The position numbers were made by a program, and so were the translations under genes. A DNA stretch of 64,000 nucleotides from an uncultured Gemmatimonadaceae bacterium (GTDB lineage Bacteria > Gemmatimonadota > Gemmatimonadetes > Gemmatimonadales > Gemmatimonadaceae), in assembly GCA_963761305.1 (NCBI GenBank), contig CAVXGK010000002.1:608001-672000 (forward strand). The letters are read 5' to 3'. Of this stretch, positions 30,544-40,163 are shown one piece after another; position 1 is the first letter of the stretch; every line of letters begins with the position of its first letter. The notes below the pieces were generated by a model that was not told where the DNA came from, ran no database searches, and saw only the letters and a list, made by a program, of their open reading frames with translations.

Positions 30544-31605
30544 GTGGCACACACTGCACGAAGCGGCAATCGCATCGACGCCGGTCTTCTGATCGCGTGC
30601 GTCGCCCTGTCGCTCATCGCGATCGTGTTGCGGGACGACGAGCGCGAGCCCATCGCCAGCGCGCTTCGCCGTACGATCGTCGCGCCGCTCGTCGGGCTGC
30701 AGCGGGGAGCCGAACGCTGGCGCGTCGCCTACGTCACGAACGATCAGCGCGAGATGGAGGTTGATTCGGTCGTGATGCGCGTGATGAACGCGCAGGCGCT
30801 CCAGGCCGAAAACGACCAACTGCGACGCATTCTCGGGCTCGGGTCGCGCCTCGAGTGGGGCTTCATCCCCGCCGACGCGCTCCGCGGAACGGCTCCGGCC
30901 GAAGCGATCGTCACCACGCTCACGCTCACGGCGGGAAGCACGTCCGGGGTCACGCGGTACAGCCCGGTCGTCGCACCTGAAGGGTTGGTCGGTACGATTC
31001 AGACCGCCGACCCGACGATGAGCATCGCGATTCTCTACACGAACGCCGACTTCCGCGCCAGCGCGATGGCCGTGGACGGGACGACGTTCGGCATCATCTA
31101 CCCGCACGCGCAGCGCGGCAGCGGCGGCGACGCCTACATGCTCGAGCTCCGTGGCGTGCCGACGAAGGTCCAGCTCAAGGCCGGCACGCCGATCTTCACG
31201 TCGGGACTCGGCGGGACGTTCCCGCGCGGCATCGCGATCGGGACGATCGTCGCCGAGCTCAAGACGTCGGAGGTCTGGACGCGCACGTATCTCGTGCGGC
31301 CGGCGGTGACTCCGTCGCAGGTGACGACGGTGCTCATTCTCACGCCGAAGCGCATCTCGCAGGGGACGGGAAACATCTGGGGTGCGGCGGCCGCGATGAA
31401 CGCCGACTCGGCCGCCAAACGCATCGCCGGTGCGGGCGACTCGCTGGCCAAGCGCGCCGCCGCGGCCGACGCTCGCAATCGCGCGACGGCCATCGACTCG
31501 CTGCGCCAAGCCGCCGTCGACTCGACGCTCCGGTCACTCGGCATGTCCGTGCCACCACGAACGCGGCGCGACTCGGCGCGCGCCGACAGCATCAGGCGTC
31601 CGTGA
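30544..31605 (+). CDS. mreC: Rod shape-determining protein MreC
   Basis: TM, coiled coil ENDQLRRILG, TSGLGGTFPRGIAIG; synteny. Confidence 0.93.
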   Translation: MAHTARSGNRIDAGLLIACVALSLIAIVLRDDEREPIASALRRTIVAPLVGLQRGAERWRVAYVTNDQREMEVDSVVMRVMNAQALQAENDQLRRILGLGSRLEWGFIPADALRGTAPAEAIVTTLTLTAGSTSGVTRYSPVVAPEGLVGTIQTADPTMSIAILYTNADFRASAMAVDGTTFGIIYPHAQRGSGGDAYMLELRGVPTKVQLKAGTPIFTSGLGGTFPRGIAIGTIVAELKTSEVWTRTYLVRPAVTPSQVTTVLILTPKRISQGTGNIWGAAAAMNADSAAKRIAGAGDSLAKRAAAADARNRATAIDSLRQAAVDSTLRSLGMSVPPRTRRDSARADSIRRP

Positions 31606-31606
31606 C

Positions 31607-32095
31607 GTGACGTGGAATACCGCCGTTCGAACGGTCGTCGCCTGCGCGATTCTGATCGTTCTCCACTACACGCTGCGGCCGCTGCTGGCCTGGCACGCGT
31701 CGGTCGATTTTCTGATCATCGCGCTGCTGATCGGGTCGGTGCGACTGCGGCCGGGTGCGGCGGCGTTGTACGGATTCTTGCTGGGATTCGTGGCGGACTC
31801 GGTGGACGTGAGCGGCTTTGGCGCCGCCGCGCTCGCCATGTCGCTCGTCGGATTCACGGCGTCGTGGCTCAAGGCGGTATTCTTCGCTGACAATCTCGCG
31901 TTGAACGGATTCTTTCTGTTCCTCGCGAAGTGGGTGTTCGACGTGATCTTTTTGATTCTGGGCCGGCACGCACACGGCACCGAGCTGATGGTGCAGATGT
32001 TCGTGTGGTCCCCGATCGCCGCGGCGATAACGGCCGTCGCCGGCGTCATCGTGCTGACGATCATGCGGCCGTTGATGGAGACGCGGACGGCATGA
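31607..32095 (+). CDS. mreD: Rod shape-determining protein MreD
   Basis: Hydrophobic protein with GFLLGFVAD, between mreC and mrdA. Confidence 0.88.
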   Translation: MTWNTAVRTVVACAILIVLHYTLRPLLAWHASVDFLIIALLIGSVRLRPGAAALYGFLLGFVADSVDVSGFGAAALAMSLVGFTASWLKAVFFADNLALNGFFLFLAKWVFDVIFLILGRHAHGTELMVQMFVWSPIAAAITAVAGVIVLTIMRPLMETRTA

Positions 32096-33888
32096 GCTTT
32101 CATCCGAACGACGTGGTTCGCCGGGGGCGCGCGGCGAGCCTGATCGTCTCGGGCGCGGTGCTGTTTCTGCTTGGCGCGTTCTTCCGCGCGCAGGTGATTC
32201 GCAACGAGGAGTCGCTGCTGCAGTCGGAGGAGAATCGGCTCCGGCAGATTCCCACCGCCGCGCCGCGTGGACGCATCCTCGACCGCAACAACCGGCCGAT
32301 CGCCGAGAACGTGGTCGGATACTCGGTGGCGCTGCTTGCATTGTCGGAAGACACGCTGCGCGCCACGCTCGACCGTCTCAAGAACACGATCCAGCTCACG
32401 CCCAAGCAGTACCAGGACGCGATTCGCCGCTTTCACCAGGCGGCAAACCGCCCAACGGTGATCGTGCAGGACGCGTCGCTCGACGTCGTGTCGGTGCTCG
32501 AAGAGCATCACATGGATTTCCCGAGCTTGATCATCCAGTCCGCGCCCAAGCGGATCTATCCGGATGGCCAGGCGGTCGGCGCCTTCGTGGGCTACATCGG
32601 CGAAATCAGCGAGACAGAGCTCGCGAGCATGAGCGCCGACGGCTACAAGTCGGGGCAGCTCATCGGCAAACAGGGGCTCGAGAAGCAGTACGAAAAGCTG
32701 CTGCATGGCCGCGAGGGAATTCAGTTCGTCGAGGTGGACGCGCACAACCGCGTCGTCACCAACGGCCGAGCGCGCGAGGCGGTGACGCCGCAGGAAGGGC
32801 CGCCGCTCTACACCAACATCGATCTCGACCTGCAGGAGTACATCCACTCCCTCTTCGGCGACTCGCTGGCCGCGGCAGCAGTGGCGATGGTGCCGCAGAC
32901 GGGCGAGGTGCTGGCGCTCTACAGCTCGCCGGCGGCCGATCCGAATCGCTGGGTCGGCGGCGTGTCGCAGTCGTACTACGACTCGCTGCGCAACGACCCG
33001 CGGCAACCGCTCTACAACAAGGCGCTCCAGGCGTTGCAAGCACCCGGGTCCACGTTCAAGCTGGCCACCGCGACGATGGCGCTCGAGGACAGCCTGATCA
33101 ACTTCGACTCGCACATGCCGGAGACGTGCAAGGGCTTCTACTACTTCGGCAACCGGACGTGGCATTGTTGGAAGAAGGAAGGACACGGCAGCCTCAGCCT
33201 GCTCGGCGCGATCGCGCAGTCGTGCGATGTCTACTTCTATCAACTCGGGCAGCGGCTGACGTTGTCGCGTCTCGTGGCCGGCGGCGTGAGCCTCGGGTTC
33301 GACAAGCGCACGGGCATCGACCTGCCTGAAGAAAGCCGGCCGCGATTTCCGACGAGCTTCCCGGACTATTTCAACCAGCGCTACGGGCGCAACTGGACGA
33401 TCGGGTCGACCGAATTGAACATGGCGATCGGGCAGGGCGAGAACGCGCAGACGGTGATCAACATGGCGCGCTTCTACAGCGCGCTGGCCACCGACGGCAG
33501 TGAGCCGACGCCGATGCTCAAGCGTGGCCCACCGAAGCTCACCAAGGCGATCCGTCTCGGGCCGGACCAGATGGACCAGCTGCGCAAGGCGATGATGGGC
33601 GTCCTCGCGGCCGGCGGCACGGCTGCCGGCGCCGCCATCCAGGGTGTGAGCATCGCCGGAAAGACGGGCACCGCGCAGGTGCCGGGCTTCAAGACCGACA
33701 AGAATGGAAAATCGCTCTACTACGCGTGGTTCGCGGGCATGGCGCCGGCAAATGCGCCGCGAGTGGTCGTCGTGGTGATGGTGCCGAACGTGACGTTCGA
33801 GGGCGCGACCGCGGCGACGTTCGCGACCAAGATCATCGAGCATTATCTGCACACGCAGGTGAACAACACCATCGAGAACACGGGCTGA
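32092..33888 (+). CDS. mrdA: Penicillin-binding protein 2
   Basis: APRGRILDR, PGSTFK (SxxK), SCD, KTGTAQ. Confidence 0.95.
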   Translation: MSFHPNDVVRRGRAASLIVSGAVLFLLGAFFRAQVIRNEESLLQSEENRLRQIPTAAPRGRILDRNNRPIAENVVGYSVALLALSEDTLRATLDRLKNTIQLTPKQYQDAIRRFHQAANRPTVIVQDASLDVVSVLEEHHMDFPSLIIQSAPKRIYPDGQAVGAFVGYIGEISETELASMSADGYKSGQLIGKQGLEKQYEKLLHGREGIQFVEVDAHNRVVTNGRAREAVTPQEGPPLYTNIDLDLQEYIHSLFGDSLAAAAVAMVPQTGEVLALYSSPAADPNRWVGGVSQSYYDSLRNDPRQPLYNKALQALQAPGSTFKLATATMALEDSLINFDSHMPETCKGFYYFGNRTWHCWKKEGHGSLSLLGAIAQSCDVYFYQLGQRLTLSRLVAGGVSLGFDKRTGIDLPEESRPRFPTSFPDYFNQRYGRNWTIGSTELNMAIGQGENAQTVINMARFYSALATDGSEPTPMLKRGPPKLTKAIRLGPDQMDQLRKAMMGVLAAGGTAAGAAIQGVSIAGKTGTAQVPGFKTDKNGKSLYYAWFAGMAPANAPRVVVVVMVPNVTFEGATAATFATKIIEHYLHTQVNNTIENTG

Positions 33889-35147
33889 TGCCGGCCCCGC
33901 GACGCATCAACGTCGACTTGCCGCTGCTCCTCACCGCGATCGCGCTCACCGCGTTCGGGTTGGCGGTCGTCTTTTCGGCGGGTCAGACCGACGTGCAGAC
34001 GCCGGCCACCGGCGCGTACAAGCTTCAGATCATCTGGACCGTCGTCGGCATCGTCGGCGCGTATTCGGTGAGCCGTGCGTCGGTGCGACTGATCGAGTGG
34101 ATGACGATTCCCGCATACGCGTTCACGATCGTGATGCTCGTCGGGCTGCTCATAGGCTTGGGATCCGGGGGCGGCACCGCGACGAGCACGTCGGGTTGGC
34201 TCACGATTGCCGGGCACCGACTTGGACAACCGGCGGAGCTGGCCAAACTCACCGTCGTGCTGATGCTGGCGCACATGCTGAGTCAGAACCGCGTCACGCC
34301 GAAATCGATGATCGAGCTGTGGAAGCCGCTCGCCATCGCCGGCGTGCCGCTGCTGCTCATCATGGCGCAGGGCGACCTCGGTACGTCGATCGTGTTCGTC
34401 GGGATTTTCTTCGCGATGCTGTTCTGGGCGGGCGTGCCGTGGCAACTGCTCATTCTGCTGGCGAGCCCGGTCATCAGCCTGATCCTCGGCTTCGACCCAT
34501 ACGTGTGGGGCGCGTGGTTCCTGCTGCTCCTCGGGCTCGTGCTGTGGTACAAGCCGTTCCTCGGCGAAGGCCTCTTCGTCGTCGCGGCGAACGCGATGAT
34601 GGGAATCGTCGGGCCGCTGCTCTGGGAACACATGAAGCCGTATCGCCAGAACCGGCTCAAGGTCTTTCTCGATCCGACGGCCGACCCGCGCGGCAGCGGC
34701 TACCACGTCATCCAGTCGATCACCGCGATCGGATCGGGCGGGTGGTTCGGACGCGGCTATCTCAACGGCCCGCAGAAACGCGGCGGCTTTTTGCCCGAGC
34801 AGTACACCGACTTCATCTTCGCCGTCGTCGGCGAGGAGCTCGGCTTCGTCGGCGTGATGATCGCGCTCACGCTGTTTCTGTTTCTCTTTCTGCGCGTGAT
34901 TCGCATTTCCGAACGCGCGAACGATTCTTTCAGCAGTCTCGTGGCGTTCGGGCTTCTCGCGAGCTGGTTCACCCACGTGTTGGAAAACGTGGGGATGACG
35001 CTCAACGTCATGCCGATCACCGGCATTCCGCTGCCGTTTTTCAGCTACGGCGGATCGTTCATGCTCGCGTGCTGGTTGTCGGTGGGATTGCTCGCGCGCA
35101 TCTCGAGCGAAGGCCGTGGAGGCCTCGCCGGGCCCCTGAAGGTATGA
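33888..35147 (+). CDS. rodA: Peptidoglycan glycosyltransferase RodA
   Basis: QPAELAK, LPEQYTDFIFAVVGEELG, GIPLPFFSYGGS. Confidence 0.95.
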   Translation: MPAPRRINVDLPLLLTAIALTAFGLAVVFSAGQTDVQTPATGAYKLQIIWTVVGIVGAYSVSRASVRLIEWMTIPAYAFTIVMLVGLLIGLGSGGGTATSTSGWLTIAGHRLGQPAELAKLTVVLMLAHMLSQNRVTPKSMIELWKPLAIAGVPLLLIMAQGDLGTSIVFVGIFFAMLFWAGVPWQLLILLASPVISLILGFDPYVWGAWFLLLLGLVLWYKPFLGEGLFVVAANAMMGIVGPLLWEHMKPYRQNRLKVFLDPTADPRGSGYHVIQSITAIGSGGWFGRGYLNGPQKRGGFLPEQYTDFIFAVVGEELGFVGVMIALTLFLFLFLRVIRISERANDSFSSLVAFGLLASWFTHVLENVGMTLNVMPITGIPLPFFSYGGSFMLACWLSVGLLARISSEGRGGLAGPLKV

Positions 35148-35215
35148 CGGCGCGTGTAGCGTCAAGCCGGTCTCGGCCCTAGCCTTGGGCTCCCGGTAAC
35201 CCCCAAATTTCCACC

Positions 35216-36082
35216 ATGGCATGGTGGAACAAGCAGGGCAAGAAAGCCCGACAACCCCGGCGCGAACGACTCGAGATCCCGGCTGACGTCTGGGAGAAGT
35301 GCGAGGCGTGCGGACACACGGACATCCGTGAAAAGTTCGCGCGCAACATGAACGTCTGCCCGAACTGCGACTATCATCGCCGCATTCGAGCGTCCGAGTA
35401 CTGCGCCCTGCTGCTCGACGAAGGGTCGATGGAAGAGGTCGAGGTCGACCTTCGCTCGACCGACCCGCTCGGCTTTCCCGAATATCCGGCTCGTCTCAAG
35501 AAAGCCTCGGCGAAGGTCGGCGACACCGACGCGCTGCTGGCGTGCACGGGAACGCTCGACGACCTCCCGGTGAACGCCGGCGTGATGGACTTCGCGTTCA
35601 TGGGCGGCTCCATGGGATCCGTGGTCGGCGAAAAGATCTCGCGCCTCGCCCAGCGGTCGCTCGAGCGGAAGTATCCGCTCATCATCGTGTCCGCGTCGGG
35701 CGGCGCGCGCATGCAGGAAGGCGTGCTGTCGCTCATGCAGATGGCCAAGATCGCGGCCGTGCTCGCACAGCTCGCCGAGCGCCGGATTCCGTACATCTCG
35801 ATCCTCACGAATCCCACGACGGGCGGCGTGAGCGCCAGCTACGCCATGCTCGGCGATGCGATCCTCGCCGAGCCGGGCGCGGTGATCGGATTCGCCGGGC
35901 CGCGCGTGATCAAGCAGACGTTGGGACAGGACCTTCCCGAAGGATTCCAGACGTCGGAATTCCTGCTCGATCACGGCATGTTGGACAGCGTCACGCATCG
36001 CCGGAATCTCAAACGAACGGTGAGCCAGCTGCTCCGCCACATGTCCGGGCGTCCGGCGGCGACGGGTTGGACGTCGCCCTGA
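35216..36082 (+). CDS. accD: Acetyl-CoA carboxylase carboxyltransferase beta subunit
   Basis: Zn finger CEAC..CPNC, FMGGSMG, SGGARMQEG, IGFAGPRVI. Confidence 0.97.
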   Translation: MAWWNKQGKKARQPRRERLEIPADVWEKCEACGHTDIREKFARNMNVCPNCDYHRRIRASEYCALLLDEGSMEEVEVDLRSTDPLGFPEYPARLKKASAKVGDTDALLACTGTLDDLPVNAGVMDFAFMGGSMGSVVGEKISRLAQRSLERKYPLIIVSASGGARMQEGVLSLMQMAKIAAVLAQLAERRIPYISILTNPTTGGVSASYAMLGDAILAEPGAVIGFAGPRVIKQTLGQDLPEGFQTSEFLLDHGMLDSVTHRRNLKRTVSQLLRHMSGRPAATGWTSP

Positions 36083-36090
36083 GGGCGCCG

Positions 36091-37392
36091 TTGTCCGTGT
36101 CTTCCGCCAATCCGAAGCTCGCCGACTATCGCGACGCACTCGCCTTCTTGTTCGCGCGGACGACCGGCGCGTTCAAGTTCGGCCTCGAGCGCACGGCGGC
36201 CCTGCTCGCCGCGCTCGGCAATCCGGAGCGTCGCTATCCGTCGATCCACATCGCCGGCACGAACGGAAAGGGAAGCAGCGTCGCGACGATGTCCGCTCTC
36301 CTCGCGGCGAAAGGACTCCGTGTGGCGACGTACACGTCGCCGCATCTGGTGGATTTTCGCGAACGGATGGTTGTCGGCGGTCAGATGATCTCGTCCGACG
36401 ACGTCGTCTCGTTCATCGCGACGCACATGCCGCTCATCGAGGAGATCGGCGCGAGCTTCTTCGAGGCGACGACCGCGATGGCGTTCGACCACTTCGCGCG
36501 TGCCGGCGCCGACGTCGCCGTGATCGAGGCGGGGCTCGGCGGTCGGCTCGATTCGACAAATGTGCTCGATCCGATCGTGGCCGGTGTGACGTCCATCGGG
36601 CTCGACCACATGGAGTATCTCGGTTCCACGCTCGCGTCGATCGCGGGAGAGAAGGCGGGCATCTTCAAACCCGGCCGGCCCGCCGTGATCGGCGAGCGCA
36701 ATCCGCGCGTCCGCGACCTGCTCGTGGAGCACGCCTTGCGCGCGAACGCGTCGGCCGTGAGGACGTCCGACGAGATCCGTTTCGATCGCGTCACCGTGGA
36801 CGCGAACGGCACGTCGTGTGACGTCGAGTGGCGCGACGAGCGGGTGGCGCTGCGAACGCCGCTCGCCGGCCGCCATCAAGCCTACAATCTGGCGTTTTCG
36901 CTGGTCGCGCTCGACGCCGCCGGTCCGCACTACGCGGTCTCCGCCGCGGAAGCGTCTCGCCACCTCGCGAGCGTGCACATGTTGGGGCGGTTCCAACGAC
37001 GCGGCCGGTTCGTCTTCGACGTGGCGCACAATCCCGCCGGCGTCGAGATGCTGGTGCAGACGATTCACACCGTCTCGCCTCCGCGGCCGATCACGGCGCT
37101 TCTTTGCGTGCTCGGCGACAAGGATTGGCGCTCGATGATGCAAGCGCTGAGCGAAGTCGTCTCGCGTTTCGTGCTCACGATGGCGCCGACCGCGCCGGCG
37201 AGCCGCATGTGGAACCTCGAGGAAGCCGCCGCCTTTGCGCGCTCGCTCGGCGTGAACGTCGAGGTGATCCCGGAGTTCGCGGTGGCGCTCCATCGAGCGG
37301 AAATGGACGCGGAAACCGTGCTGGTCACCGGCTCGTTTCACACGGTAGGCGATGCACTCGCGCTGTTGCAGGTATCGCCAATAGCCCGATAG
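36091..37392 (+). CDS. folC: Folylpolyglutamate/dihydrofolate synthase (start approximate)
   Basis: HIAGTNGKGS, YTSPHL, EAGLGGRLDSTN, DVAHNPAG, VTGSF. Confidence 0.96.
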   Translation: MSVSSANPKLADYRDALAFLFARTTGAFKFGLERTAALLAALGNPERRYPSIHIAGTNGKGSSVATMSALLAAKGLRVATYTSPHLVDFRERMVVGGQMISSDDVVSFIATHMPLIEEIGASFFEATTAMAFDHFARAGADVAVIEAGLGGRLDSTNVLDPIVAGVTSIGLDHMEYLGSTLASIAGEKAGIFKPGRPAVIGERNPRVRDLLVEHALRANASAVRTSDEIRFDRVTVDANGTSCDVEWRDERVALRTPLAGRHQAYNLAFSLVALDAAGPHYAVSAAEASRHLASVHMLGRFQRRGRFVFDVAHNPAGVEMLVQTIHTVSPPRPITALLCVLGDKDWRSMMQALSEVVSRFVLTMAPTAPASRMWNLEEAAAFARSLGVNVEVIPEFAVALHRAEMDAETVLVTGSFHTVGDALALLQVSPIAR

Positions 37393-37395
37393 CTT
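37366..37395 (+). promoter_or_regulatory. Candidate leaderless promoter for hisS
   Basis: TTGCAG-N18-TAGCTT-N6-ATG; the -10 box contains the folC stop codon. Confidence 0.5.
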
Positions 37396-37401
37396 TAGAG
37401 G

Positions 37402-38664
37402 ATGGCCCAGGGCGCCCTCCCCGGCTTTCGCGACTTCTATCCCGAACAGTTCGCCGAGCGCGCGCACCTCATGGGTGTGTGGCGCGAAGTGGCGCGCCGG
37501 TTCGCGTTCGTCGAGTACGACGGACCGCCGCTCGAGCCGCTCGAGCTCTACACCAAAAAGAGCGGAGAAGAGATCGTCGGCCAGCTCTACAACTTCACCG
37601 ACAAAGGTGGCCGCGACATCGCGCTGCGTCCGGAGATGACGCCGACGCTCGCCCGCATGGCGGCCGCCAAAGCGAACGCGCTGCGCAAACCCGTGCGATG
37701 GTTCTCGGTGCCGCAGCTCTTTCGCTACGAGCGACAGCAGCGCGGGCGCCTGCGCGAGCACTTTCAGCTGAACGTCGACATCATCGGCGAAGCGGACGTC
37801 ACCGCCGACGCCGAGCTGCTCGCCGTCGCCATCGAGATCATGCGCGGCTGCGGCCTTACCTCGGCCGACGTGCGAGCGCGCGTCTCCGACCGCCGGCTGC
37901 TCCGCGCCATTCTCGCGGCGCTCGGCGTCGACGACGCGCGGACGGGCGAGGTGTTTGGCGTGATCGACAAAGTGCAACGCCAGCCGCGCACCGTGTCGGT
38001 CGAGAAGCTCGAGAAGCTGGGCCTCGCCGCCGACTCGATCGAGGCGCTGATGCAGATCCTCGACCGCACGGAGCTCGACGACATCGCTCGCCGGTTCGCG
38101 AAATCCCCCGACGTCGTAGCGTCGGTCGCCGAGGTGCGTCGCTATCTGGCGCTCGTGGACCAGCTGGGCGTGAGCGACTGGGTGACGCTCGATCTCACGA
38201 TCGTGCGCGGCCTCGCCTACTACACGGGTATCGTCTTCGAGCTGTTCGACGCGAAGGGAGAACTGCGCGCCATCTGCGGCGGCGGCCGCTACGACGATCT
38301 GCTCCAGTCGCTCGGCGGCGTCGATTTACCGGCGCTCGGGTTCGGTATGGGCGACGTCGTGCTCACCGAGCTGCTCCGCGATCGAAAACTCTTGCCGACG
38401 TCGGCGACGGGGCCGCAAGTCTGGGTCGCCACGGAGGCGGAGGATCGCCAGCACGACGTGCGACGCGCCGCCACGGCACTGCGCCGCAGCGGCGTGAGCG
38501 TCGAGTACGCGCTCAAACCGCAACCGCTCATGAAACAGGTGAAGGCAGCGCGCTCCGCGGGCGCGTCGATGGTGCTCACCTTGCTCGAAGGTCGAGCGAA
38601 TCACTCGTGGAGCGGAGAACCGCCCGCCGAGTGGAAGCAGGTGCTCGCGGACCTCGGTATCTAG
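37402..38664 (+). CDS. hisS: Histidine--tRNA ligase
   Basis: LRPEMTP, FRYERQQRGRLREH, VRGLAYYTG, GGGRYD. Confidence 0.97.
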   Translation: MAQGALPGFRDFYPEQFAERAHLMGVWREVARRFAFVEYDGPPLEPLELYTKKSGEEIVGQLYNFTDKGGRDIALRPEMTPTLARMAAAKANALRKPVRWFSVPQLFRYERQQRGRLREHFQLNVDIIGEADVTADAELLAVAIEIMRGCGLTSADVRARVSDRRLLRAILAALGVDDARTGEVFGVIDKVQRQPRTVSVEKLEKLGLAADSIEALMQILDRTELDDIARRFAKSPDVVASVAEVRRYLALVDQLGVSDWVTLDLTIVRGLAYYTGIVFELFDAKGELRAICGGGRYDDLLQSLGGVDLPALGFGMGDVVLTELLRDRKLLPTSATGPQVWVATEAEDRQHDVRRAATALRRSGVSVEYALKPQPLMKQVKAARSAGASMVLTLLEGRANHSWSGEPPAEWKQVLADLGI

Positions 38665-38687
38665 TTCTTCTCACCTCACGGCAACAA

Positions 38688-40163
38688 ATGGCCCCCCCCG
38701 ACGACAAAAAGCTCACCACCCGCGAAGCCGACTTCAGCGCCTGGTACAACGAGGTCGTGCTCCGCGCCGAGCTCGCCGACTACTCGCCCGTGCGCGGATG
38801 CATGGTCATCCGCCCGAACGGCTACGGCATCTGGGAACGGATGCAGCGTGCGTTGGACGACATGTTCAAGGCGACGGGCCATCAGAACGCCTACTTCCCG
38901 CTGTTGATTCCGGAGAGCTTCCTCCACAAGGAGGCGCAGCACGTCGAAGGCTTCGCCCCGGAGGTGGCCGTCGTCACGCACGGAGGCGGCAAGAAGCTCG
39001 ACGAGCCACTCATCATCCGGCCGACGTCGGAGACGATCATCTACTCGATGTTCGCCAAGTGGGTGCAGAGTTATCGCGACCTGCCGTTGCTCATGAACCA
39101 GTGGGCAAACGTCGTCCGCTGGGAAATGCGCACTCGCCTCTTTCTGCGCACGCTCGAGTTCCTCTGGCAAGAGGGACACACCGCGCACGCGACCCACGAC
39201 GAGGCCGAGGAGGAGGCGCGCCAGATGCTCGGCGTCTACAGCGATTTCATGGAAGGTTGGATGGCGATGCCGGTCATCACCGGCCTCAAGACCAACGCCG
39301 AGCGGTTCGCCGGCGCGCTGCGGACGTACGCGTGCGAAGCGCTCATGCAGGACAACAAGGCGCTGCAGGCCGGCACGTCGCACCATCTCGGGCAAAATTT
39401 CGCCAAGGCATTCGACCTCAAGTTCCAAGCGGAGCACGGGGGACTGGAGTTCGCCTGGAACACGAGCTGGGGCGTGTCGACGCGGCTCGTCGGCGGGCTC
39501 GTGATGACGCACGGCGATGACGTCGGGATTCGCATTCCGCCGCTGCTCGCGCCCACGGAGCTCGTCATCGTGCCGATCTACAAGAGCGACGATGAGCGCA
39601 CGCGCATCCTCGAAGCGGCCGATCGCGTCGAGCAGAAGCTGCTCGACTGGGAGCGCCGCGATCCGGGCCGCCTCCGCGTGCACGTCGATGACCGCGAGGG
39701 CATCAAGCCCGGTGCGAAGTACTACGAGTGGGAGCTGCGCGGCGTGCCGCTCCGCATGGAGCTCGGTCCTCGCGACGTCGACGCCAACCAGGGCGTTCTC
39801 GTTCGCCGCGACAACCGCGCCAAGAAGCCCGTCTCGCTCGACACCGCCGGCGAGGACGTCGCCGACTTGCTGATGCGCATCCAAGACGACATGCTGATCG
39901 CGGCGCGCGAGCGGCGTGAGGCGAACAGCATCCGGCACAAGATCAGCTACGGCGACTTCAAGGAGCTGATGGAAGGGAAGGGCGCGTTCGTCTATGCCGG
40001 CTGGTGCGGCGACGAAGCGTGCGAAGCGCAGATCAAGGAGGAAACCAAGGCGACGATTCGCGTACTCCCCGACGAGGAATTCCGCTCGGCCGAGGCGCCG
40101 GCGGCCTGCCTCAAGTGCGGCCGCGCATCGACCGCCGAGGCGGTATGGGCCAGAGCGTACTGA
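38688..40163 (+). CDS. proS: Proline--tRNA ligase, archaeal/eukaryote-like type
   Basis: RPTSETII, RWEMRTRLFLRTLEFLWQEGHT, SWGVSTR, C-terminal Cys domain ending ARAY. Confidence 0.97.
   Translation: MAPPDDKKLTTREADFSAWYNEVVLRAELADYSPVRGCMVIRPNGYGIWERMQRALDDMFKATGHQNAYFPLLIPESFLHKEAQHVEGFAPEVAVVTHGGGKKLDEPLIIRPTSETIIYSMFAKWVQSYRDLPLLMNQWANVVRWEMRTRLFLRTLEFLWQEGHTAHATHDEAEEEARQMLGVYSDFMEGWMAMPVITGLKTNAERFAGALRTYACEALMQDNKALQAGTSHHLGQNFAKAFDLKFQAEHGGLEFAWNTSWGVSTRLVGGLVMTHGDDVGIRIPPLLAPTELVIVPIYKSDDERTRILEAADRVEQKLLDWERRDPGRLRVHVDDREGIKPGAKYYEWELRGVPLRMELGPRDVDANQGVLVRRDNRAKKPVSLDTAGEDVADLLMRIQDDMLIAARERREANSIRHKISYGDFKELMEGKGAFVYAGWCGDEACEAQIKEETKATIRVLPDEEFRSAEAPAACLKCGRASTAEAVWARAY

Noticed and set aside
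36828..40163. 1111-aa ProRS, and similarly extended ORFs 26109-28280, 35542-37392 and 52783-56118, as fusion proteins
   Set aside because: The N-terminal parts overlap upstream genes in another frame; real starts lie at the upstream stops
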